DNA of 64,000 bases from Sedimenticola sp. (lineage in GTDB: Bacteria; Pseudomonadota; Gammaproteobacteria; Chromatiales; Chromatiaceae). Numbering within the stretch: the first letter of the stretch is position 1; the number at the start of each line of letters is the position of its first letter. Positions 9,373 through 19,361 of this stretch are shown here, piece after piece. Position numbers and translations under genes: made by a program. The stretch is from NCBI GenBank assembly GCA_026994195.1, contig JALWRH010000030.1, forward strand, positions 20 to 64,019, given 5' to 3'. Under the pieces are notes generated by a model, which had not been told where the DNA came from, did not search any database, and worked only from the letters and a program-made list of their open reading frames with translations.

Positions 9373-10620
9373 ATGGCGACGAGAACGGTAGTTAAAAAAA
9401 CCGCGAAAAAACCAAAGGCGGAAAAAACCTACAGTTATGCCTGGACCGGCACAGACCGCAGAGGAAGAAAAGTCAAAGGGAAAGCCAGGGCTTCCAATGA
9501 CGCCCTTGTCCGGGCAGACCTGCGTCGTCAGGGAGTCACCCCTGTCAAGGTTCAGAAAGAAATAAACATAAGCTTTGGCAAACCCAAGATACGAAGCAGT
9601 GATATTGCCGTATTTTCCCGCCAGCTGGCCACTATGATGAGAGCCGGCGTGCCCCTGGTTCAGGCTCTGGATATTGTGGGGAAGGGGCACAACAACCCCG
9701 CCATGCAGGAAATGATCATGTCCATAAAGGCGGATATAGAAGGCGGTACGTCCCTGACCAACGCCCTGCGCAAACATCCCATGTATTTCGACGATTTGTT
9801 CTGTAACCTGGTGGAAGCCGGTGAACAGGCCGGTGTGCTGGAAACATTGCTGGAGCGTATCGCCACCTACAAGGAAAAAACAGAATCCATCAAGAAGAAA
9901 ATCAAAAAGGCCCTGATTTACCCCGCTGCCGTACTCAGTGTGGGCATCCTGGTTACTGCCATCATCCTCATATTCGTAGTCCCGGTATTTGACGAACTTT
10001 TTGCAAGTTTTGGCGCTGAGTTGCCCGCATTCACCCAGATGGTGGTCAACATGTCTGAATTCATCAGGGACAACTGGGTATTTGTCATTCTTGGCATTGC
10101 CGCGGTGATCATCATACTCTCGACGCTGTGGAAACGATCACCAAAATTCCGGGAAATCATTGATCGCTCATTGCTCAAAGCCCCGGTATTCGGTCCTATC
10201 ATGCACAAATCCGCTCTGGCGCGCTTCGCCCGCACCACCTCCACCATGTTCGCCGCCGGTGTCCCCATGGTGGAAGCGCTGGATTCCGTGGCTGGTGCAA
10301 CGGGCTCCGTGGTATACGGTAACGCTGTCAAGGAGATGCGTGAAGACATCGCAACCGGACAATCCCTGCGCCTGGCCATGGAACAACAACGCTTGTTTCC
10401 CCACATGGTCAAACAAATGGTCGCCATTGGCGAGGAATCCGGCGCCCTGGATGAAATGTTGGGCAAGGTGGCCGATTTTTATGAAGAGGAAGTGGACAAC
10501 GCCGTCGACTCCTTGAGCAGCCTAATGGAGCCCCTCATTATGGTTATCCTCGGCACGCTGGTTGGCGGACTGGTGGTGGCCATGTATCTGCCTATCTTCA
10601 AGCTGGGCGCTGCGATCTGA
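9373..10620 (+). CDS. pilC: type IV pilus platform protein PilC (GspF family)
   Basis: 415 aa with two GspF-type repeats and three TM segments. Position between pilB and pilD. Confidence 0.95.
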   Translation: MATRTVVKKTAKKPKAEKTYSYAWTGTDRRGRKVKGKARASNDALVRADLRRQGVTPVKVQKEINISFGKPKIRSSDIAVFSRQLATMMRAGVPLVQALDIVGKGHNNPAMQEMIMSIKADIEGGTSLTNALRKHPMYFDDLFCNLVEAGEQAGVLETLLERIATYKEKTESIKKKIKKALIYPAAVLSVGILVTAIILIFVVPVFDELFASFGAELPAFTQMVVNMSEFIRDNWVFVILGIAAVIIILSTLWKRSPKFREIIDRSLLKAPVFGPIMHKSALARFARTTSTMFAAGVPMVEALDSVAGATGSVVYGNAVKEMREDIATGQSLRLAMEQQRLFPHMVKQMVAIGEESGALDEMLGKVADFYEEEVDNAVDSLSSLMEPLIMVILGTLVGGLVVAMYLPIFKLGAAI

Positions 10621-11495
10621 TGGAGGAAGTGTTTGCCCAAGGGGCAATCCTTTATCCTTTGGGTTTCATTCTCGGACTGCTGGTAGGCAGCTTCCTGAAT
10701 GTTGTCATCTTCCGGCTTCCCAGGCGCATGGAGCAGGATCTGAAGGATGCCTGCGAGGAACTGGCGGGGAAGGAAGTGGAATACCGCCCCAACAAGTGGT
10801 TTGGTCTTGCCTGGCTCATGCACCCGCCCTCCAGTTGTATGTCCTGTGGACACAGGATACGTGCCTGGGAGAATATCCCGGTCATCAGCTGGCTATTGCA
10901 GAAGGGCCGTTGCACTGCCTGCGGCACCCGCCTGTCGGTACAGTATCCCGTTGTGGAACTGCTAAGCGCAGTATTGTCTCTGGCCGTCGTCTGGCACTTT
11001 GGATTTACCTGGCAGGCCCTGGCCGCTTTGCTCCTGACCTGGGCACTGCTGGCCATGAGCGTCATCGATATACGCCTGCAGATCCTTCCTGATGTGCTGA
11101 TACTGCCCCTGGTCTGGCTGGGGTTGTTGTTGAACCTGCAGGGCATGTTCACGGATATTCAGTCAGCCATCTATGGCGCCGTGGCCGGATACCTGTCACT
11201 TTGGTTCCTGTTCCACCTGTTTCTTCTGATGACCGGCAAGGAAGGCATGGGCTATGGGGACTTCAAACTTTTTGCCCTCTTTGGCGCCTGGCTGGGCTGG
11301 CAATTCTTGCCGCAGATCCTTCTCGTATCTGCCGTTGTGGGTGCGGTCAGCGGCCTGGGCATGATCCTGTTCCTTGGGCGAGACAAGAGCATCCCCATTC
11401 CCTTTGGTCCCTACCTGGCAGCAGCGGGCTGGATCGCCATGATCTGGGGAGAGGACATCAACCGCAGCTACCTGCAGTTTGCCGGCCTTCAGTAG
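10620..11495 (+). CDS. pilD: prepilin peptidase / N-methyltransferase PilD
   Basis: Cys motif CMSCGH ... CTACG, aspartyl protease motif GMGYGDFKLF, polytopic membrane profile. Confidence 0.95.
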   Translation: MEEVFAQGAILYPLGFILGLLVGSFLNVVIFRLPRRMEQDLKDACEELAGKEVEYRPNKWFGLAWLMHPPSSCMSCGHRIRAWENIPVISWLLQKGRCTACGTRLSVQYPVVELLSAVLSLAVVWHFGFTWQALAALLLTWALLAMSVIDIRLQILPDVLILPLVWLGLLLNLQGMFTDIQSAIYGAVAGYLSLWFLFHLFLLMTGKEGMGYGDFKLFALFGAWLGWQFLPQILLVSAVVGAVSGLGMILFLGRDKSIPIPFGPYLAAAGWIAMIWGEDINRSYLQFAGLQ

Positions 11496-11506
11496 GGTTC
11501 TGGTCC

Positions 11507-12112
11507 ATGTTGAAGATTGGTCTTACCGGCGGCATCGCCAGCGGGAAGACGGCAGTCAGCGACCAGTTCTCCCGGCTGGGCGTGCCTGTCATCGACACCG
11601 ACATCATCAGCCGGGAACTGGTGGAACCCGGCAAGCCGGCTCTGCAACAGATTGCCGATCAGCTTGGAGAAGCTTTCATTCAGGAAGATGGAAACCTGAA
11701 CCGCAGGGCTTTGCGCCAGCATATTTTCTCCCATCCCGGCGCAAGAACCCTTCTGGAAGGGATTCTTCACCCGGCCATACGCCGGGAGGTCACGCAACAA
11801 CTGCGCGCCCTCACCAGCACACCCTACGCCATCGTGGTCATCCCCTTGCTGGTAGAAAACGGGCTGCAGGATATGGTCGACCGGGTGCTACTGGTGGATG
11901 CACCCGAGGAACTCCAGATCAAGCGGGTCTGCCAGCGGGATCAAATATCCCCAGAGCAGGCCAGGAGCATACTGAATGCCCAGGCCTCCCGGGATCAAAG
12001 ACTCGCCGCGGCGGATGATATCCTGGAAAATACCGGAGACATGGATACCCTGGCCGCCTGTGTGGAAACTCTTCACAAGCAATACCTTTCTCTTGCCCGG
12101 CCAAGGAACTGA
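11507..12112 (+). CDS. coaE: dephospho-CoA kinase
   Basis: MLKIGLTGGIASGKT P-loop at the N-terminus. The track ORF (from 11201) is an in-frame upstream extension that overlaps pilD. ATG at 11507. Confidence 0.9.
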   Translation: MLKIGLTGGIASGKTAVSDQFSRLGVPVIDTDIISRELVEPGKPALQQIADQLGEAFIQEDGNLNRRALRQHIFSHPGARTLLEGILHPAIRREVTQQLRALTSTPYAIVVIPLLVENGLQDMVDRVLLVDAPEELQIKRVCQRDQISPEQARSILNAQASRDQRLAAADDILENTGDMDTLAACVETLHKQYLSLARPRN

Positions 12113-12199
12113 CACCCACTATCACTGTCACAGTGTATATTCCCGTTTGAACCCCGGTGGCATCTGATAGACAATAGCCACAACATTGCCACTGGCCGG

Positions 12200-12976
12200 A
12201 TGCCTGTTTTGCATAACTCACTGTTGTTTGAACATCCCCTCAATGAACGGACTCGCACCCTGCTGCGTATTTCCCACCTGTTCGAGCAGTTCGAATACCA
12301 CCTGCCCGCTTCCAGCCCCTGGCAGAGCCGTGCAGCCATTCAGGCCCTTCTCGACATCACCAGCATCCTGGGCCGGGCGGATATCAAGCAGGAGCTGATC
12401 AAACAACTGGAACAGCAGAAGAAATCCCTGGAACGCATTGGCGGCAACCCGGGCGTGGACCAGGTCCGCCTGCATCAGGTTCTGGAAGACATTGGGCGCA
12501 TGAGCGAGCGGCTGTTCACGACCAGCCGTCAGCTTGGAGACAGCCTGCGCAAGAACGATTTTCTCAAAAGCATTGCCCAGCGCGCGCCCATCCCCGGAGG
12601 CGGTTTCGAATTCGACCTGCCCCAACTGCACTATTGGCTCAACCTGCCTCACACCGAAAGGGTCATGCAACTCGATGACTGGCGTCATGAAATCAGCGTG
12701 GTGCAGGAAACGGCTGACCTGCTCCTGGGTATTCTCCGCAACAGCAATGTGTTCCGTTCCCGTTCCACTAGTGAGGGTTTCTTTCAGCAGAGTCTGGACA
12801 AGAACCGGCGCGTCGATCTGATCCAGGTCGTACTGCCGGCAGAATCCTTTCTGTATGCTGAGATCAGTGGCAACAAACACCGCTTTTGCATACGGTTCAT
12901 GGAAAGCGGCAACTGGGAACAGCCGGAACAAACCAGCCAGGAAGTCTCTTTCAAACTCAAGACCTGCGCCATATGA
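12200..12976 (+). CDS. zapD: cell division protein ZapD
   Basis: N-terminal [24 protein letters not shown] signature; 258 aa. Conserved coaE-zapD-yacG order. Confidence 0.85.
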   Translation: MPVLHNSLLFEHPLNERTRTLLRISHLFEQFEYHLPASSPWQSRAAIQALLDITSILGRADIKQELIKQLEQQKKSLERIGGNPGVDQVRLHQVLEDIGRMSERLFTTSRQLGDSLRKNDFLKSIAQRAPIPGGGFEFDLPQLHYWLNLPHTERVMQLDDWRHEISVVQETADLLLGILRNSNVFRSRSTSEGFFQQSLDKNRRVDLIQVVLPAESFLYAEISGNKHRFCIRFMESGNWEQPEQTSQEVSFKLKTCAI

Positions 12977-13158
12977 ATACCAAGCCCGGCAAGGACCAAG
13001 CGCCTCCCGTTACCGTCAACTGCCCCACCTGCAGCGCCCCGGTCACCTGGGACGAGAGATCACCCTGGCGCCCTTTCTGCAGCCGTCGATGCCAGTTAAT
13101 CGACCTCGATGAATGGCTCACGGACGACGACGAGGAGCCTGGGGTCAAACAGGAATAG
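12973..13158 (+). CDS. yacG: DNA gyrase inhibitor YacG (zinc finger)
   Basis: [10 protein letters not shown] ... [19 protein letters not shown] 12973 overlaps the zapD stop (ATGA). The track ORF from 12886 is an upstream extension. Confidence 0.9.
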   Translation: MNTKPGKDQAPPVTVNCPTCSAPVTWDERSPWRPFCSRRCQLIDLDEWLTDDDEEPGVKQE

Positions 13159-13193
13159 CGCTTGGCCAATGCCATTGGCTTTCAATAATCATC

Positions 13194-13263
13194 TGTAGGT
13201 CGGGCTTCAGCCCGACAACGGCGGCCACTACGGAGCAATGTCGGACTGAAGTCCGACCTACGG
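13194..13263. repeat. REP-like double-hairpin intergenic element, copy 1
   Basis: TGTAGGTCGGGCTTCAGCCCGACA - 23-nt spacer - TGTCGGACTGAAGTCCGACCTACGG. Near-identical arms recur at 50078-50147 and 63492-63564. Confidence 0.9.
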
Positions 13264-13335
13264 AAATCAATGAGTCAGGTGCATTTCCACAGGCTGAAGG
13301 TATCCCGGGTCAAAGATACTGTCAGCGCCGCAAAA

Positions 13336-14226
13336 CTACGTGATTGCACCGGGCCATAGCCCCCGGATGCCGGCGATCCCCTGGGCCCCGGCCTGCCAGC
13401 TCTTTTCCAGAAACTGTGGGGTCATGCCCCCCAGGGCATACACCGGCAAAGGAAGCTCTGCCACGAGTGCAGAAAAACCCTCCCACCCCAGAACCTCCGC
13501 ATCAGGATGGCTGGCCGTGGGGAGCACCGGGGAGAGCAGGGCAAAATCCACTCCCCTGTCCCGGGACAGGGCCAGTTCTTCCGCATCATGGCAGGAAGCT
13601 CCGAGCAGCAGGCCGGAAAGGTTTTCGGTGCTGCGCAGGCGGCGCCGGTCCAGGTGCAGGCCATGGGCGCCGGCTTTCTCCAGCAGCGCCAAAGAGCCGT
13701 TTACCAGCATTCTGGCGCCATATTCCTCGCACAACCGGCGTGAGGCCCGGGCCAGGTTCTCCAGATCCTTATCTGCCAGGCCAAAAACGCGAAACTGCAC
13801 CAGGGAGATCCCCCCGGCCAAAGCCCTGCGCAGCTCCTCGAGAAACCGGGCTGGCTCTGTGGCTGAAGGCGGAGTGATCAGGCAGGTATCGGGTAACTGA
13901 ATGGCCTTGACCACAGGCACATCAGCGGCGGGCATGGGCCTGCCGGCCAGCTCCTGAGCCGCAACCCATGACAGTGGCTGACCTTCCAGCCCCCTGGGCT
14001 CGCCCCGCCAACGGTCCACCCGCCAGGTATCCAGCAGAACCTTGCGATCCTCATAGGCATGAGCGATACGAATCAAAGGCCGGGCATCCAGCACATCCAC
14101 GCCCAGCTCCTCTTTTAGTTCCCGGGCGAGGGCCTGGCGCGGGGATTCCCCCGGCTCCACTTTCCCCCCGGGAAACTCCCACAAACCACCCTGATGCGTA
14201 CCTGTCCTGCGCCGGGCAAGCAACAC
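13336..14226 (-). CDS. mutT: Nudix (MutT-type) hydrolase fused to a ThiE/TenI-like domain
   Basis: Nudix box GGKVEPGESPRQALARELKEELGV. The C-terminal half resembles thiamine-phosphate synthase/TenI (VYALGGM). The true start is probably upstream of the GTG at 14226 (see findings). Confidence 0.85.
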   Translation of the reverse strand: MLLARRRTGTHQGGLWEFPGGKVEPGESPRQALARELKEELGVDVLDARPLIRIAHAYEDRKVLLDTWRVDRWRGEPRGLEGQPLSWVAAQELAGRPMPAADVPVVKAIQLPDTCLITPPSATEPARFLEELRRALAGGISLVQFRVFGLADKDLENLARASRRLCEEYGARMLVNGSLALLEKAGAHGLHLDRRRLRSTENLSGLLLGASCHDAEELALSRDRGVDFALLSPVLPTASHPDAEVLGWEGFSALVAELPLPVYALGGMTPQFLEKSWQAGAQGIAGIRGLWPGAIT

Positions 14227-14278
14227 CTTGCCGTCCGGGCCTGTCAGAACACCGGCGGCTACGTGTACCAGGGGTATT

Positions 14279-15484
14279 TCAGGTTCGGTATTCAGCGTTG
14301 ATCTTCACGTAGTCGAAGGACAAATCACAGGTGAGGATACGGGCGGATGCCTGCCCCCTGCCAAGGGCAATGCGTATGGTGAAGGCTTCCTGCTCCACCA
14401 CGGCCTGTCCGGCAGCCTCCGTGTAGGCAGGATCCCTTCCACCCCGGCTCACGATGCACAGATCATCAAGCCAGATACGCACCCTGCCAATATCCAGATC
14501 CGGCACTCCCGCACGGCCCACCGCTGCAAGAATCCGCCCCCAGTTGGGGTCGGAAGCAAACAAGGCTGTTTTCACCAGGGGGGAATGGGCCACGGTGTAG
14601 GCCACATCCCGGGCCTGGTTTTCGGAATCGGCTTCTTCCACCCGGATTTCCACCTGCTTGGTGGCGCCTTCACCATCAGCGATGATGGCGTGGGCCAGTT
14701 CCATGCAGACTTCGTTCACGGCTTGCCTGAAAAGCCGTCCGGCATCGCTTTGGGCATCCTCCACGGCCACACCGGAAACGCCACTGGCCAGCAGGACGCA
14801 GGCATCATTGGTAGACGTATCACCATCCACGGTAACAGAGTTGAAAGAAGGCGCAACAGCCTCCTGGAGCACCTGCTGCAGGATCTTCCGGCTGCACGCT
14901 GCGTCCGTGGCCACATAGGCCAGCATGGTGGCCATATCCGGACGAATCATGCCCGACCCCTTGCACATGCCCGTAACAGCAATGGATTTCCCGGCCACTT
15001 CGATACGGCGGCTGGCCAGCTTGGGAACGGTATCCGTGGTCATGATGGCTTTCGCGGCCTGTTCCCAGTTCTTCCCGTCCAGAGCGGACAACAGGCCGGG
15101 TATGGCCTGGGCAAAAGGTTCTGTGGGAAGGTCTTCACCAATTACGCCTGTGGAGAAAGGCAAAACCTGATTCATGGCCACGCCAGTGGCCGCTGCCAGC
15201 AGGCGGCAGGTCTCGAAACTGGCTGCAAGTCCGGCCTCGCCGGTGCCTGCATTGGCATTGCCAGAATTGATGAGCAGGTAGCGGGGCGGAATCTTTTCAA
15301 GGTGCTGCCGGGCAACCAGCACCGGTGCTGCGCAAAAGGCGTTCCGGGTGAATACCGCCGCCGCTGTACCGCCTTCGGCCAGTTCCATGAGCACCAGGTC
15401 ATCGCGACCCTGGTAGCGAATGCCCGCCGCACCCGCCGCCAGGCGGATACCGGGCACGGGAGCGATCTCAGCCATGCCGGCCAT
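14279..15484 (-). CDS. argJ: bifunctional ornithine acetyltransferase / N-acetylglutamate synthase ArgJ
   Basis: 401 aa. KGSGMIRPDMATMLAYVATDA contains the autoproteolytic A-TML site. The ATG overlaps the secA TAA (TAATG). Confidence 0.95.
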   Translation of the reverse strand: MAGMAEIAPVPGIRLAAGAAGIRYQGRDDLVLMELAEGGTAAAVFTRNAFCAAPVLVARQHLEKIPPRYLLINSGNANAGTGEAGLAASFETCRLLAAATGVAMNQVLPFSTGVIGEDLPTEPFAQAIPGLLSALDGKNWEQAAKAIMTTDTVPKLASRRIEVAGKSIAVTGMCKGSGMIRPDMATMLAYVATDAACSRKILQQVLQEAVAPSFNSVTVDGDTSTNDACVLLASGVSGVAVEDAQSDAGRLFRQAVNEVCMELAHAIIADGEGATKQVEIRVEEADSENQARDVAYTVAHSPLVKTALFASDPNWGRILAAVGRAGVPDLDIGRVRIWLDDLCIVSRGGRDPAYTEAAGQAVVEQEAFTIRIALGRGQASARILTCDLSFDYVKINAEYRT

Positions 15485-18282
15485 TACTGAAGCTTGCCGT
15501 GGCAGTGCTTGTATTTCTTGCCTGAACCACAGGGGCAGGGCTCGTTGCGGCCCACTTTGCGGTCCGGGCGCACGTAGGGCTGCTGCGCTTCGCCGGCAGC
15601 TTCCTGTTCCTGTGCAGCCGGCTCTTCGGGTAGGCCTTCGAAGGCATCATGCTTGAATTCGAACTCATTTACCTGGGGCTCCATTTCCAGCGGAGGCGCA
15701 TCCGCCAGCTGAATCTTGCTCAGGATCTCCACTACTTCCCGTTTGATGGCATCCAGCATGCTGGAGAAAAGCTCGAAAGCTTCCCGTTTGTACTCCTGCT
15801 TGGGGTTCTTGGCGGCAAAACCGCGCAGATGAATACCCTGGCGCAGATAGTCCATGGCGGCCAGGTGTTCCTTCCAGTGGGTATCGAGGGTTTGCAGCAT
15901 GACCGCTTTTTCGATGTAGCGCATCTGTTCTTCACCCGCCAGGGCAACCTTCTCCTGGTAGACTCTTTCCAGCTCTTCCAGAATACGCCTGCGCAAGGGC
16001 TCCTCATGCAGATCGTCTTCCTCATCCAGCCACTTTTGAATCGGCAGATCCAGATCGAAACGCTCTTTCAGCGCTTCTTCCAGGCCGGAAATGTCCCACT
16101 GCTCCTCGATGCTCTGGGGAGGAATATAGCTGTTGATCACTTCATCGAGCACTTCCTCGCGCAGGGCGGCAATGGTGTCGGATATATCCTCACTGTCCAT
16201 GAGCTCGTTGCGCTGCTCATAGACCACCTTGCGCTGGTCGTTGGCCACGTCATCATATTCCAGCAACTGTTTGCGGATATCGAAGTTGCGGCCTTCCACC
16301 TTGCGCTGGGCATTCTCGATGGCCTTGTTCACCCAGGGGTGCTCAATGGCCTCGCCTTCCTTCATGCCAAGTTTCTGCATCAGTTTACCCACCCGCTCAG
16401 AAGCAAAGATGCGCATCAGATTGTCTTCCAGGGAAAGATAGAAACGGCTGGAGCCAGGATCGCCCTGACGACCGGATCGGCCCCGCAACTGATTGTCGAT
16501 ACGCCGGGACTCGTGGCGCTCGGTGCCTATGACCCGCAGGCCACCAGCTTCCAGCACCTTGCGATGGCGTTCTTTCCAGGCCTGTTGCACGGCCTGTTTC
16601 TGTTCTTCGTCCGCATCCGCCCCCAGGTCTTCTATTTCCACATCCATGTTGCCGCCCAGCACGATGTCCGTACCCCGGCCGGCCATGTTGGTGGCGATGG
16701 TCACCGCGCCCGGCAGACCGGCTTCGGCAACGACCCGCGCTTCCCGTTCATGTTGCTTGGCATTGAGCACCTGATGCTCGATACCCGCCTTGTTGAGCAG
16801 CTCGGACACCAGTTCGGACACCTCGATGGAAGCCGTGCCCACCAGCACCGGCTGGCCGCGTTCCACGCAGTCGCGAATATCTTCCACGATGGCATTGAAC
16901 TTTTCCTCGGCGGTGAGATACACCAGGTCGGTCTGATCGTCCCGCTGCATGGGCTTGTTGGTGGGAATCACCACGACCTCCAGACCATAGATCTGCTGGA
17001 ACTCGTAGGCTTCCGTATCCGCCGTACCGGTCATTCCCGCCAGCTTGTCGTACAGGCGGAAAAAATTCTGGAAGGTGATGGAGGCCAGGGTCTGGTTCTC
17101 CTGCTGGATCTCCACGCCCTCTTTGGCTTCCACAGCCTGGTGCAGGCCTTCAGACCAGCGCCGCCCGGGCATGGTGCGGCCGGTGAACTCGTCCACGATG
17201 ATGATCTGCCCATCACGGACGATGTAATCCACATTGCGCTGGAAGATCACATGGGCGCGCAGGGCCGCCATGACATGATGCATAAGCATGATGTTGGCCG
17301 TGTCGTACAGGCTGGCATTCTCATCCAGCAGCCCCATTTCCGTGAGCATCTGCTCCACATGTTCATGGCCTTCATCACTGAGAAAAACCTGCTTGGCCTT
17401 TTCGTCCACGGAATAGTCCCCAGGACCAAAATCCGGCTTGCCTTCCTCGTTGGTGATGGGATCCTGGCGGGTCAGGCGGGGGATGATCTGGTTGATCTTC
17501 TGGTACAGCTCAGAGCTGTCATCCGCCGGGCCGGAGATGATCAGAGGCGTACGCGCCTCGTCGATGAGGATGGAATCCACCTCATCCACCACTGCGTAGT
17601 GGCGGCGCTGCACCCGCTGGCCAGCTTCGAAAGCCATGTTGTCTCGCAGGTAGTCAAAACCGAATTCGTTGTTGGTGCCATAGGTGATGTCGCAGTCGTA
17701 AGCTTCCTTGCGGCTCACGTTCACCAGGAAACGGTGTCCGCTGGCACTGCCATCCGCATCCGGGTCGAAGCGGTAGGAGCTGCTGTCGGGGCCGGAACCG
17801 CCGGAAGAATTGATAACGCCCGTACTCATGCCCAGGAAGTGGTACAGCTTGCCCATCCAGGAAGCATCCCGGCGCGCCAGGTAGTCGTTCACCGTGACCA
17901 CATGCACGCCCTTTCCTTCCAGGGCGTTGAGATACACCGCCAGGGTCGCCACCAGGGTCTTGCCCTCACCCGTGCGCATTTCAGCGATCTTGCCCTGATG
18001 CAGCACCATGCCGCCAATGAGCTGCACATCGAAGTGCCGCATGCCCAGCACCCGGATACTGGCTTCGCGTACTACGGCAAAAGCTTCTGGCAGCAGTTTG
18101 TCCAGAGATTCACCCTCTTTCAGACGCTGACGGAATTCCTCCGTCTTGGCACGTAGCTCATCGTCAGAAAGCGGCTTGATGGAATCCTCAAGCGCATTGA
18201 CCTTTTCGACTTCCTTGAACATGCGTTTGACCAGCCGCTCATTGCGGCTGCCAAACACTTTTTTTGCGATTTTATTGAACAT
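15484..18282 (-). CDS. secA: preprotein translocase ATPase SecA
   Basis: 932 aa. [13 protein letters not shown] Walker A, DEAD-like [19 protein letters not shown], and C-terminal zinc finger [14 protein letters not shown]. Confidence 0.97.
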   Translation of the reverse strand: MFNKIAKKVFGSRNERLVKRMFKEVEKVNALEDSIKPLSDDELRAKTEEFRQRLKEGESLDKLLPEAFAVVREASIRVLGMRHFDVQLIGGMVLHQGKIAEMRTGEGKTLVATLAVYLNALEGKGVHVVTVNDYLARRDASWMGKLYHFLGMSTGVINSSGGSGPDSSSYRFDPDADGSASGHRFLVNVSRKEAYDCDITYGTNNEFGFDYLRDNMAFEAGQRVQRRHYAVVDEVDSILIDEARTPLIISGPADDSSELYQKINQIIPRLTRQDPITNEEGKPDFGPGDYSVDEKAKQVFLSDEGHEHVEQMLTEMGLLDENASLYDTANIMLMHHVMAALRAHVIFQRNVDYIVRDGQIIIVDEFTGRTMPGRRWSEGLHQAVEAKEGVEIQQENQTLASITFQNFFRLYDKLAGMTGTADTEAYEFQQIYGLEVVVIPTNKPMQRDDQTDLVYLTAEEKFNAIVEDIRDCVERGQPVLVGTASIEVSELVSELLNKAGIEHQVLNAKQHEREARVVAEAGLPGAVTIATNMAGRGTDIVLGGNMDVEIEDLGADADEEQKQAVQQAWKERHRKVLEAGGLRVIGTERHESRRIDNQLRGRSGRQGDPGSSRFYLSLEDNLMRIFASERVGKLMQKLGMKEGEAIEHPWVNKAIENAQRKVEGRNFDIRKQLLEYDDVANDQRKVVYEQRNELMDSEDISDTIAALREEVLDEVINSYIPPQSIEEQWDISGLEEALKERFDLDLPIQKWLDEEDDLHEEPLRRRILEELERVYQEKVALAGEEQMRYIEKAVMLQTLDTHWKEHLAAMDYLRQGIHLRGFAAKNPKQEYKREAFELFSSMLDAIKREVVEILSKIQLADAPPLEMEPQVNEFEFKHDAFEGLPEEPAAQEQEAAGEAQQPYVRPDRKVGRNEPCPCGSGKKYKHCHGKLQ

Positions 18283-18447
18283 GAAGCTTGGGACCTTCCA
18301 GAACCAGAAAAATACACCACGACAAACAGCGCAGGAACACGGCCATTATTCAGTGGAAAATAAAACGGGAATGATACCGCAAAAGCAGAGTTTTTACCGG
18401 AAAAACAAGGGAAAAAGCCTGAACCCGGAAGCACAAACCGGAAACTT

Positions 18448-19347
18448 TCATCCCCCCTTTATGAATCGTGCAGGATTGACAACCTTGTTGCCCTTGATCA
18501 CTTCAAAATGCACATGGGGCCCACTGGAGCGGCCCGTGGATCCAAGCATGGCAATGGGCTCGCCCTTTTCAACCCTGTCCCCCACCTCGACCAGGTTTTC
18601 CTGGTTGTGGGCGTAGCGGGTCACATAGCCGTCTGCATGGCGGATTTCCACCACATTGCCATAACCAGTCATACGCCCGGATTTGGTGACCACGCCTGCA
18701 GCGACAGCCAGAACTTCACTACCCTGCTTGCCCGCAAAATCGATGCCTTTGTGGTATTTTTTCTTACCGGTGAAAGGATCGGTGCGACGGCCGAAGCCGG
18801 AGCTTATATAACCGTGTTTCAGGGGACGACCGGAAGGAATGACCTGATCCCGCACTTTGCGGCGCGCCAGCAGATCTTCCAGCAGCAGCAGTTTGTGTTC
18901 CCTGTCGCGGAAAGCACGGGTCAGACGCGCCAACTCCGATTCAAGATCGGAAGTGAGCACGGGCTCCTGGGTATCCTGATCGACACCCCCCTGAGGCGGT
19001 TCCGAGGAGAAATCAAACTCCTGCTCATCCAGTTTTCCCACCGCCACCAGACGCTCGCCAAGGGCATTCAGGCGCAGAAGATTGGCGCGCAGACTGCCGA
19101 TACGCAATGCCAGCGCATCCAACTCGGCTTCCATATCGTCACGCAAAGCAGCAAGTTCACGTTTCTCCGCAGCTATGGCATCCATGGCCGCCTGAATATC
19201 CTGATCCTTTGCCACTTGTACCGACTGCATACAGCCATACTGATACCCGGAGAACAGAGCCAGGCCAACAAGGGCCAGCAATACCAAACCATTTCTGACG
19301 GACCAGAAAGACGCGGCGGCATTGTTGTTCTTGTCACTCTCGGACAT
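18448..19347 (-). CDS. M23 family murein endopeptidase with N-terminal TM and coiled-coil region
   Basis: HKGIDFAG ... GSTGRSSGPHVHFEV LytM-type metal site. I prefer ATG 19347 (MSESDK), because the track GTG start at 19377 would overlap the divergent gene. Confidence 0.85.
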   Translation of the reverse strand: MSESDKNNNAAASFWSVRNGLVLLALVGLALFSGYQYGCMQSVQVAKDQDIQAAMDAIAAEKRELAALRDDMEAELDALALRIGSLRANLLRLNALGERLVAVGKLDEQEFDFSSEPPQGGVDQDTQEPVLTSDLESELARLTRAFRDREHKLLLLEDLLARRKVRDQVIPSGRPLKHGYISSGFGRRTDPFTGKKKYHKGIDFAGKQGSEVLAVAAGVVTKSGRMTGYGNVVEIRHADGYVTRYAHNQENLVEVGDRVEKGEPIAMLGSTGRSSGPHVHFEVIKGNKVVNPARFIKGG

Positions 19348-19361
19348 CGTATAATCAACCC

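Noticed and set aside
11201-11506. 102-codon upstream extension of the coaE ORF
   Set aside because: It lies entirely inside pilD in another frame. The canonical CoaE N-terminus (MLKIGLTGGIASGKT) starts at ATG 11507.
13161-13190. Possible yacG terminator (GCCAATGCCATTGGC followed by TTTCAATAAT)
   Set aside because: Only a 5-6 bp stem is feasible once a realistic loop is allowed, and the T-tract is interrupted. The support is too weak to list it as a feature, and the adjacent REP element is a more likely 3'-end structure.
13113-13343. 76-aa ORF (likewise 50034..50243, 63441..63671 and 63484..63684) containing CRSGFSPT / CRTEVRPT or VGLKSDL peptides
   Set aside because: These ORFs merely read through the REP-like repeat copies. 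The shared peptide comes from the repeat arms, not from a conserved protein.
14228-15490. 420-aa plus-strand ORF
   Set aside because: It is antisense to argJ and has no motifs. Its Gly/His/Arg-rich composition marks it as a shadow ORF.
15649-18156. 835-aa plus-strand ORF
   Set aside because: It is an antisense shadow of secA, which has unmistakable SecA motifs on the minus strand. Its composition is biased towards H/Q/G/L/V, typical of reverse-frame ORFs in GC-rich DNA.
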